From contig NC_068992.1 in NCBI RefSeq assembly GCF_001194135.2, positions 31,606,686 to 31,670,685 on the forward strand: a stretch of DNA of 64,000 nucleotides, given 5' to 3'. This document shows, piece by piece, positions 53,351 to 64,000 of the stretch. The notes below the pieces were generated by a model. That model searched no databases and was not told where the DNA came from. It saw only the letters and a program-made list of their open reading frames with translations. The translations under genes were made by a program, and so were the position numbers. Origin of the DNA: Octopus bimaculoides. Its lineage: Eukaryota. Every line of letters starts with the position of its first letter. Within the stretch, counting starts at the first letter, position 1.

Positions 53351-56300
53351 TATTAATCAAAAATAAGGAGTAAAATGAATAATGGAAAATAAAGCTAACT
53401 TTCCAGACAAACCCAAAATACATACGTATGAATCTGAGTCATTGGCATTAATCTGAACCATTATCATGCAAATCCGTTCGGTACTTTTTTATGGTATTTC
53501 ATGAAAACTTTTCAGTTATGGCAGAGACTCTTATGTACTCTACTTCTTTGTTATTTGCTTCTTCTACACATATTATTCCGAGCTACTTACTGTGCAAATT
53601 TGCTTAATTTTTACGAAGGTAACGCGCTATAGAAAGGCAGAGCACAATTTCTAAAAGGACAAATGAGCGGCTACTGACTGACTTTCTTTGTTGTGCGGCA
53701 ACTTATATGGATACAGCTATTTAAATTTACTAAAATATCAAAATATATTGTAAGAAAACATCACAAAACACAATAACATGGCGCAAATTTGCATAAAGAA
53801 TATTCACACTGAAATGATGACATGCAAGTAAAGAAAATAAATGAACGACAGAGCCCTAGTAGTATCAAGATTCTACGTCCTGGATAGAAAGGAGAGAATA
53901 GCATTGGTTAAACAACGTATATTAAAATAATCGTAAATGCTGCTTTGTGTAAAATTTACATAATTGTGTTATTCTCTGAAGTAGTCACAAAATCAAAATT
54001 ACGATTAAGCATAAAATTTACATATAATAACTAATCAACTTTACATACATAGACGTTTAATAGAGTGGAAATGATGGGTAAAAAATATTCTTTGATACCT
54101 AATACACCGTATAAATATTAATTATTTATAACTACAGGAAGAGGCGCACGAAAATCGATCAAATAAAACTGTATTCACCTGAAATGCATTCGAGCTTCAA
54201 TGATAGGTAGGAAAATAAATTCAACAAGTATTTCAAATTTAGAATTTATAACATTTACGGTCTCTGATTAAACTTATATTGAAGTAAATGTGAATGATTG
54301 AACAACGCCAAAGTAGAAAGGGAAAAAAACATAAAAATATGAAATAAAAAGTCAGGTGAAAATGTTATATAATACTTGCATGAAAAAGAAATCTCGTAAC
54401 TGTTTTCAAAAAGACCAAATAGTTAAGCGCTTTTTACTTACCTACCATAAAACCTATTTGCATTAATATTTTTTATGTAATGGCGAATTTGAAATCATAA
54501 GGTGAAGACAGAAGAAATAACACTGAGTATATTTTTAAAAGATATTTAAATATGTTCTCGTCATAAAATCCTCTAGCCATTCTCTGTTTATTTTCTATTT
54601 GATTTCCAAATAAATTTAGTCGTGTGAAACCTACTAATCTTTCCAATTTATTTACATATATATATAGTACTAAATGTGGTGTAAAACATTGTACAATTAA
54701 CTTTTGTAGCGCAAGCGTTATATTACACAGAATTAAATACGCTCCATAGAACAGTTAGATATTTTTATTTTATCAATATTTCACTGTCTACTCAGAGTTT
54801 CGGTACGATAAGAAAAGATAATACTAAATGATTAAAAGAAACCGTGGCCATTCTATTTTAGAATGCTGGTTAGTGTTTATTCTGCGGACTCTTCTATCAA
54901 AACACATATGAATTTATATTTGCCAACGATATCTTGCAGGAACTCGCGTTTCATTTATAGCGTCATAAGCTGAAAATGATGAAAGCTTCATTGGATGTTG
55001 AAGCACTGCTCGTGCGCATCGAAGTTGCTGAGTTTTCCTATTAATGAGGATATTTTTCTGTGTATAATTAAATACATAGAGCGACGTCTAAAGTTTCTGA
55101 AGCAAATCAAGCTAAATATATGAGATGAATAGTTTATATGTCAATGAGAACCAGCCTCAAAATTACACTATCGGCGATATATGTGTAATAATATACGTGA
55201 ACTTACGTTCAGGCAATCAGAATCTACTACACAAATTGACCCAGTTAACCAAAGAGTGAAAATTCTGATGAGTTGAGAATATGTCACAAAAAATATATTT
55301 AGAGTAGAGAACAAAACGTAATATCATAACCAGTATGATAACTGCGGTTAAGGTGAGTTCACTCTCAGGACTCGAATTTAGAAATACAAATATATACACA
55401 TTTGAGGCAGTGCTTTATTGAGCAGTAAACACAGAAGGTAGAAAGGCAGCCGTATAAAATCTATTTGAGAACAATAATCACAATTGCACTCAGTATTGGA
55501 GGTCTATCTAACAATCGGCGAAAATCATAGATTTTCAGTGGAATACTGCCCAGCTAGCAATCTGAAACTTCATATTCATTTTGCTACAAAGAAATTCCGA
55601 TATACAAAATATCTGTAACCTTATGTGATTGAGTGTGAGAACTCGAAATACGTATGTAATTTAATGTACAGCTTTGACTTGTGAAAACTGAAGGGCATTC
55701 ATTCCCCTCATTCCCATAATTTCATAGAATAAAATTTTGTGTGCTTACTGCTTTCCATTCCTATCATGTAATCTCTTACATCAATTAGCAAATCGTTCAC
55801 ATTTCATTGCTGGTATAATGCAAATCACAAGTTCACTTTTCCTATAATTCCAGCAGTATGTGTCATGCAATGCACATAGAACTTGTGCTAAACTGGCATC
55901 TTTACATTAGGACTTCAAACTGAAAATACACATATATAACAGTTTTCATTTTGAAATTCTACGCTTCTGATTGGACACCAATGTATGTAACGATCAAATC
56001 TCGAAATAAGATTTCTCTTTTATAACGTCTAAATACAATGCTGATGCGACAAGTGCATGTAACATGTAACAGTCGTTAGTCCGGCATTGTTTTTGTTGGT
56101 CGTGTTTGAAAAGAGACTATATCTGTTCACTATAATTCAGTAAAGAGATTGCTATGCAAAAGCCTATATTGTTATATACAACCTGAGCTTTTAAGGGTCC
56201 ATCTAAGTCATCAACTAATCCACGATAATGGTAGCCAAGTTCCATCTCCAGTAACATTGTCCACATTACTAAAGGATGCTATATAGTGTCTATTTCCTAA

Positions 56301-56701
56301 TTTCACTGCCGCTGTAAATGTTTACGTTCATTACACCCATTTTCATGTGTTGCATGCTACCATGTTTGGTTTCAGAAATTTAGAAACGACAATTGACAAT
56401 CCCCCCTGCTTGAACCCGCAGCTTCTGCAACATTTAAGCGTTACAAATCATGCAATATATTGTGTGAACCGGATATTCTGATGACATACTTTCACAAAAG
56501 TACTTTTATTCTACATCATCACTCATCTTTCTTTTATTATTCCATCAAATTCCTACTGCTCTTATTTATATGTCATGCTGAGCATCGAATGCGTGAACTA
56601 TATCATATTAATATTTTGTTTGATAGGCTTTTTCCTAGCTTAATTTTATAATTGACGCATAATCACAATATATGTGAAAGTTTTAATTTTAACCGATCAA
56701 T

Positions 56702-57450
56702 TACGCGGGTTGACCAAGTTACTGTCATAGAATGTCACCAAATGAGTCTTAATTTTCAACATAGCCAAACGTGCGGCCCACGCACTTTTTCCATCTATGT
56801 TGCATTGCTCCGATACCATTGGACTGACAGGAGAAAGAAACATTCATACTGTTGGTCAAAATGTCAGCAGCTGCAGTTATAACTTCATTATCACCGCAAT
56901 AGACGTCCCAGGCAAGTGTTTCTTTGTAATTCTGGGGAACATATACTATGTCAAATGGAGCGAAATCAGAAAAGTAAGGACGGTGATCAACCGAATTAAA
57001 GATACAGTCACGCACAGTGCCTATTGACACCAAGGATTTGTATGATGGAGCAATGTCCTCATGAAGATCTCTTTCATCAGTTCTCCAGGGCTTTTATATC
57101 TTGACAGCCTTTCGTAATTGCATCAACAAGTTGGCATGGTACTCTCTGTTAAAGGTGTGGCTCATTTGAAGGAAGTCCAGACCTTGCGTTATACTTATGA
57201 CTCTCCCTGTCCCTCTTACATTTGGCTGCCCATATTTGCATTGCTCATAAAGCTGGTGTGTCATCACCTGATGTAGAAACCATGTTAGCATGAATGTCTT
57301 GCAAGCTAAACACTTTTTCTGCTGGTACTTGATGAGACCACAGTGACAAATGCTTTCCAGTTTTAAGAGAAATCGCTGCTAGTTGTTTTTGCTTAAATCT
57401 TTTTTTCAGGAATCAGATGTCAGTTACCGAGTGTGAAACGATGCATTTCT
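56702..57450 (-). mobile_element. mariner, internally deleted
   Basis: C-terminal HRPYFSDFAPFD...HRWKKCVGRTFGYVEN* (ORF 56749-57033). N-terminal LQDIHANMVSTSGDDTPA near 57260-57310, same subfamily as 61276-62330. Confidence 0.8.
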
Positions 57451-60400
57451 TATTAGTAAGTTATGAACAGCTATTAGTAAGAAGCGTTGACAATAATTTA
57501 TGAAAGATTTCATAGCACTGTAATCTCTCCACCATAGTCAGCTTTATAGGTTTTATAAGTAATTTTTGTACATTCCAAGAGGACTGAATATGTATTTACA
57601 CATTAGCTCTATATGTGGATCGAAAATATTTTGAAGATTTAGAAATGTGTATGTAACTATAATTTTATGAAAGCAATCATATCAGCAGCATACATTGTAA
57701 ATACATTTCCATTCCACACGAAGATTCCATAACTATGTTCTTAAAGGTTCCTCAAGTTTACACTAGCTGGTAATCATCCGAAAGCAAATAGAAATTTATA
57801 AAAAAAGGAAAATCTCGACTTTAGTTCTACGTTTCCGACGAAATACATTCAGGATTATTAATCGTCAGAATTTTGTATCATTTAGAACAGATTTAAGCAA
57901 ATAGAGAAGAAAACATAATAATAAATTTCATTCTCAATGTTTGCTAATAAATAAGTGTAATATTTTACAAATATTGTCATAAACGCAAAATACATATATT
58001 CACATTCTGGTGGTCTGTTGTAATCAGATCTAACACAGAAATCAATAGACTCCATAACATTGAGACTAAAACATCAATGGCATCACAGTGTTTATTTTCA
58101 GAATTCAGAGCTTTGGGTAGGAAACGAATGCCTGGATTAATGCTAAGTAATTATTTACCATTTAGTAGAGTCTTTCACGATAAAAAGGTTATAGTGGAAG
58201 GTCCAATATTGAGAATAGTTACGATCAAAGTGCAGAGATTATTGACGGTTACGAATGACGAAATAAAATAAATGTTGACATAGTTATAAATAATTGTATA
58301 GGAAAGCATCGTAAATAAATGTGTAAAACGTTCTCATTCTTATTTCGTATCCTTTATCTAACATTCAAACAGAAGAGATATTTTACGGATAAAAATATAT
58401 AAAAAAATCAACCGCAATGATAATATTATAAATAGCAAGAATAACAAAAATGTAGTAGACGAAGACGATAAATAGTATAGCTCATTATACGATTAAACTG
58501 AGAATCTGATTTGCTTACTTAGAAGATGGATTCACGATGGACAGACAATATTTTCAGCCGCATAGCCTTTGAAAAGTTACAAAATCATTACGGCAGTGTG
58601 GTTAAACTGGAGAGGTATGCTTGGAATTGTTGATTTCAATTTTTACCGGCAGATTAACCGATATACTTTCAACATATATTCTTGAAGATGCATTTATATC
58701 ATCTCCTGAATTTCAGATTTTGGGAGCAAATTTTTCTCAAACTACACAAGCTTTGGTTTGCAAAGGGAATGGTTATATTAGGTGAGAACAGTGGCTGCAT
58801 ATCCGTCAATGATAGATATGTTTGATGCGGGCTAATCTAATATTACGGAAGTACGAATGCAACAAATCAGCGAAGTAGCCAAAGGAAAATAAATTTGAAA
58901 CGATGCAGTATTTTAACTACGTGTTAATGCACTTGAAAGAGTTTGGGGCTGCTGAAGTGATACGAAATGCAGGAGCCGTTGATCAATGGAATTATTGCCA
59001 TTCTAAATATGGTGGTTTGAATATGTATTTGAATGTGTGTGAATAACATAATTGTTTTCGATTGATTACTAAATTGCATTCTACTTTTTGTGGACGCATT
59101 AGAAACCAAGAGCTGGTTTATATATGAATTTATTTATACTATATTTCTAGTTGCTGGCTGAGAAATAAAAACAATGATGTGTAAAGCGCATTTTTTACAT
59201 TCTCATTTATCAGATTACCTACTGCAAAGCAAGCATCCTATATATGGAAAAGTGTATGTAATTTGTTTTGTTTTATATGTAATTTCACAATATCTAATAA
59301 ATAATTGAATATTCATTTTTATGAAATATTTATCGTACTTGAATAGTTTAGCACGAATATGTCTAGAGGAATAATATCAGTTTGAACGAAATCTGTCTAT
59401 GTATATAAAGTTATGCAATCTATTTTAAAACGATATAAATAATGCATTTTAAAATGGCAGGAAATATATGCACTGTCATTCTACGTTATAAATAAGAACG
59501 ACAGAGAGACGGAATTGAAATAAAATGCTGATTCGTTTAGGTACGGATCAAAGAGACCTTGTTAAGCAGTAGTTGTTCATCACTGCTGATAGCCATAATG
59601 TTTATTATCAAAGGTTAAACGCAGTGGCTCATAACATTTTGTAAGAGATACCCTTCTATAAATAATGAAATATGGATGACGGAATCATAAATGTATGTTT
59701 TTAAAGAATCTAAAGGTAAAAATATTCTAAAAATGCTAGATATGTGGATATTTCAAATAGTGAATAAACGAAAAGTATGTTTTATCTGTCATCCGTTGAA
59801 AACGAAAAAAGACAAATCAACAACAGCACAACAACAAGAGTAATAATACATAGCATATGCCGTACGAATATTTACGCAGATATATAATTGAATAGAAAAC
59901 AACGAAAACTGTGACAGAATAAAATCAAAAATAAAAAAAACAATACTTATGAAGAAAACATTGCCATGACAACATAAATCTCAGTAAAAAATCAAAGAAA
60001 TCAATGTCAAAGATGACAATTAATATTAACAATGTTAATATCGCGGGAGTGTGGAAGACATTTAATATAAAAGTATCAATTCAAAATATATTAAAGCAAG
60101 AAAACGTGGATTATAAATGCCTGTCCCATAACAGGTTTTCATTTACTGATTCGCATATTAGCAAAAACTGTATGGAAACTCCTCTTTTAGTTATACTTTC
60201 TCTAGGTTCCTGTTCAACGCGATGAACATTCAAACGGATTCATCTCTTAATCTCATCCAACACTAACTTAATTTAATTCTATATGTGCACACAAAGTACT
60301 CATTACCGAAAGAAATGATCCAAATCAAGAACATTACAAAAGGTCGAATTACTACATACTTTTTGGAGTTTAATTGAAAGAACAGAGAGAAAGCCAAGTG

Positions 60401-61275
60401 ACATTGCAATATGGCATACTAGCCGAAAATAAAGAATCTCTCTCCGCGTGTAGTGAGTCATGTGAGGAATATAATCTTGAGTAAACACTAGTGTATAAAG
60501 TGGAATAAATTTCTAAATTAGCTCACTCGTGTCTTCTTAAGATCATTAAACTGTGCAGAACTATTATTGATATTCTTAGAACCACGGTGAAGCAACGCAT
60601 CAACACTAGACATGCGTGCATAAGAAATACAAACGCAATATTTTCAAAAAGCCAGACATTTGTATGTATGTGTATGTGTGTCTGTGTGTGCATGTCTGTA
60701 TGCATATGTATGTGTATGTCTGTGTGTGCATGTGCATATGTGTTTGTTTATGTGTGTGTGTGTGCATGTGTAGATAGTAGGATAAATAGATAAATACGTA
60801 CGTATATGTACCTATTGCTAATGTGGTCGTGCGTAAATTGGTAGATAGACAAAATGGTTTGGACAGTTACACAGCAGATAATGTAACTCACGATATTTTT
60901 ACTGCTTCTCTGATCTGTTGTTATATCATCATCAACAATAATATAATGTATAATACCTGACCACTCTCAAATTGCATTTAAAGCTAGCTTTAGTACGGAT
61001 ATACTTGAGTTATGTACTTTAAATATTTGACAATTTTGGAAATTATATTGCTTAATTTAATTTCTGAATCATTAAGAGAATTTAATTCTTATTCTACTAG
61101 GAACTACTGGTAACATCGTCGGTTTTTCAGCATCATAGAATCTAAAATTTAAAAGTAGTTCTTAGCTATATTGGAGGGTTGCAAATAGCTGTTATGTTTA
61201 GTTGCATTTAGAGAAATTCCTTATGTGCCGGATATGAAAGATGGGACGACCTACAGATTTAGCATTATCGATGTT

Positions 61276-62330
61276 TACAAGGGTCAGTCGAATGCATCAA
61301 TGACTGTCAGAAATATTCTCTTCGAATGTGACCAAATTATTTTTTTTAACATAGTCCCTTTCGTAGTTCACACACTTTTTCCATCAATGTTGCAAATATC
61401 ATTACTGAAGAAGCTTTAATTCTCTTGGTCAAAGAGTCATGAACAGCTGATATGACGAGACCATCTCGGCGATACTGACTCCAAGTCAGATGTTTTTTCA
61501 TGTTTGAGTAAAGGTGATAATCATATACAGCCAAATCAGGAGGACAGGGAGGGTTGTGAAAAAGCTGAAAGACACATTGATGCACAACATCCATTGAAAA
61601 CAAAAACCAAAAAAAAAAATCAAGTACTGGTGCGTTTGACCCAATGAAAAATGACACCTTTGTCAGTTTTACATGACATTTCCACAATTTGCTCAGTAAG
61701 CTGGCAAAGTACTCCCTATCTATGTTTTAGCCATTTTGTATCGAAAAAGAAGTGAGGTCATTACATTACTTGCAAATGGTACGACAGTGGCCTTCTTTGA
61801 AGATTGTTTCCACAGCAGGAGATGTCTCTGTTTCTGAGATTCAAAGAGATGAATCCAATACTCATCTTGGGTTCGGAAGCGTTCAAGGAAACCAGCTGGA
61901 TCTACCTTAAACATTGTCAGATATTACTCTGTTGTGATCAGCATTTTGATCGAATATCAGAAAGCGTGCCGAATTAGATGTGCAGAATATACTCAACACT
62001 CGCAAGAGATATGCTGATAGCATTTTCTATTTAATCTATAGTCAATGGCCTGTTATTCATCAGTACATGATGAACATTTCAAGGTTTTCTTCGGCGGTAG
62101 AAATTCCAGATTTGAGTCAACTTCAAGACACTCCCAGACTTTCCTAAATTCAGCTGCTCACTTTTGCGCTGTTTATGAAGCTAGAGCGTCATCCCCTAAT
62201 GTAGCATCATGCCAACATAAATGTCTTTGGTGGGATAAAACCTTTTTTCTGCAGGTACTTGATAAGACCACGGTGCCACATTCTGTCCACTTTAAAGAGT
62301 AGCCCTTACTAGTTATTGCTAAACGTCTTC
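61276..62330 (-). mobile_element. mariner, near full length, decayed
   Basis: HRGLIKYLQKKG...TLGDDAL (HTH), FLERFRTQDEYWIHLFE (first catalytic D region) and HNPPCPPDLAVYDYHLYSNMKKHL. Terminus TACAAGGGTCAGTC. Confidence 0.9.
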
Positions 62331-62713
62331 CTTAAAGTGATAAATATCAGCTTACCTCGAAAGAAACAATACAGATATCAATAAGAAGGGTTCAATTCGA
62401 TGGTTGCAGGATTTAACAACCCTACTATTATTCAGAGAGAGAGAGAGAGAGAGTTATCAACTTATTCTCCGTATAGTAATTAGTAGTGCTAAAGAGATTC
62501 AAAGTGAAATTCCGATGTCTTTACAGAGCATCATTCCACAAGGTAATGCAAGGCTTTAAGATATAAGAGGGATCTAGTTGAGCGGGTATAGAGCAATTAT
62601 GTGGATAAACAAATTTGACGCATCATGTATATGAAACATTGAAAACATCAAGTACATAATATGTGAGTATACTTGCAAAATGAATGAAAGCAAAAGGTGG
62701 ATACATTCAGATG

Positions 62714-62751
<38 letters not shown>

Positions 62752-62995
62752 GTAGTATATTGCCACTTAAGTGTGGCTGACCCCTAGGGGTGGATGTTAC
62801 TGTTGCTTTTAGCCCCAGGAGGACATCTCCTCCAGCTGGCTTATCGACACACGACTGTGTCCTGTTTGCCAAGGGAGTTATCCCTCTCACCTCGACCAGC
62901 AGCACGAACGTATCCGGATTTCAGGGTTATTTCCCTTCGTCGGCGTTCGACAGCTGATGACCTTGATATATATATATATATATATATCGACTTTA

Positions 62996-63157
62996 AAGAG
63001 AGCTCAAAACTTAACCATTGAAAATACTTTATAATAATAATAATAGTAATAATGAAAATGACCTATGAATATATCGATGCAATATCCAGAACGATTCATG
63101 CATATCATAAAATATTAAAAAATTATAAAATATGGGATACCACATCTCATCGGGGCC

Positions 63158-63193
<36 letters not shown>

Positions 63194-63773
63194 GTAGTAG
63201 TAGTAGTAGTAGTAGTAGTAGGAGGAGGAGGAGGAGGAGGAGTAGTAGTAGTAGTAGTAATATGCAGACAATAAAATTAGAAAACATTCAAATACAATTT
63301 TCATAGTTGACCCATGAAAATATGCAAAACTGGATGAAAAGGTATGAGATGATATACAACCGTTCATCTTAAAGGTGTTGAGATCAAGCAAATGATAAAT
63401 TAATTCAAACATAATGATCGTATACAATGAATTCCAGTTGTTAACCAATCCGGGACGCAGTAGATTTCAAGAAATAACGTTGGAGTTATAAACATCAAAA
63501 TAAATACAACATTCATACCGAAGAAAAAAACACTTAGATATTAAAGAAAACATTTAAATACCAGATCCTGGTCAAATAGAAGTGTACGTAGAAAAATGCT
63601 CTTAAATATTATACTCAAAAAATAACTTTAGTACACATAATTTAAGATTAGCCTTATATTCTTTAAAGATGAACGGTGGTATATCATGTCATACCTTTTC
63701 ATCCAGTTTTGCATATTTTCATGGGTCAACTATGAAAATTGTATTTGAAAGTTTTCTAATTTTATTGTCTGCG

Positions 63774-63805
<32 letters not shown>

Positions 63806-63980
63806 ATAATAATAATAATAATAAGGCCCCGATGAGATGTGGTATCCCATATTTTATAATGTTTTAATATTTTATAATATGCATGAATCGTTCTGGATAT
63901 TACATCGAAATGTTCATAGGTCATTTTCATTATTATTATTATTATAAAGCATTTTCAATGGATCAGTTTTGAGCTCTCTT
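62996..63980. repeat. long inverted repeat / fold-back (arms 379 and 320 bp, spacer 286 bp)
   Basis: 62996-63374 is the reverse complement of 63661-63980. The ORF track shows near-identical mirrored peptides at 63052(+) and 63730(-). Confidence 0.9.
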
Positions 63981-64000
63981 GATAGAGAGCTCAATTGTGA

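Noticed and set aside
56183-56268. Possible minus-strand exon MWTMLLEMELGYHYRGLVDDLDGPLKAQ
   Set aside because: The donor is weak (GTTGTA), I recognise no homology and found no convincing partner exon.
58560-58870. Possible Tc1-like transposase relic (also 10740-11070 and a LINE-like relic at 31140-31530)
   Set aside because: Motif similarity is too eroded to support by eye and needs tBLASTn or HMM confirmation.
62951-63020. CTGATGA upstream of the fold-back arm as a hammerhead core
   Set aside because: There is no pairing stem II, the expected GAAA is AAAA, and a (TA)n run intervenes.

Overview
AT-rich eukaryotic, non-genic (intergenic or deep intronic) DNA. It is dense in microsatellites and has assembly gaps (N runs) flanked by (TA)n. 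The repeat content resembles a cephalopod (octopus-like) genome; this is an inference, not a database result. No intact host gene, rRNA or CRISPR array could be supported, and most ORF-track entries are artefacts of microsatellites or N runs. The window is a graveyard of mobile elements: at least seven decayed mariner copies, a CR1/L2-type LINE 3' end with an intact YADD motif, a Penelope-like (PLE) RT relic, R4/Dong/HERO-type restriction-like-endonuclease (RLE) retroelement fragments sitting in (TAA)n tracts, and several tRNA-derived SINE families. The most notable hidden structure is a set of short non-coding elements built from inverted and direct repeats that carry minimal type I hammerhead-ribozyme motifs (27570-28408, 35191-35579, 39247-39886, with relics elsewhere). 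These are consistent with non-autonomous PLE or retrozyme-like elements. Other observations are a 3' tail shared by a SINE and the LINE, chains of insertions into (AAT)n tracts, nested insertions that give relative ages, and a ~1 kb fold-back at the window end.
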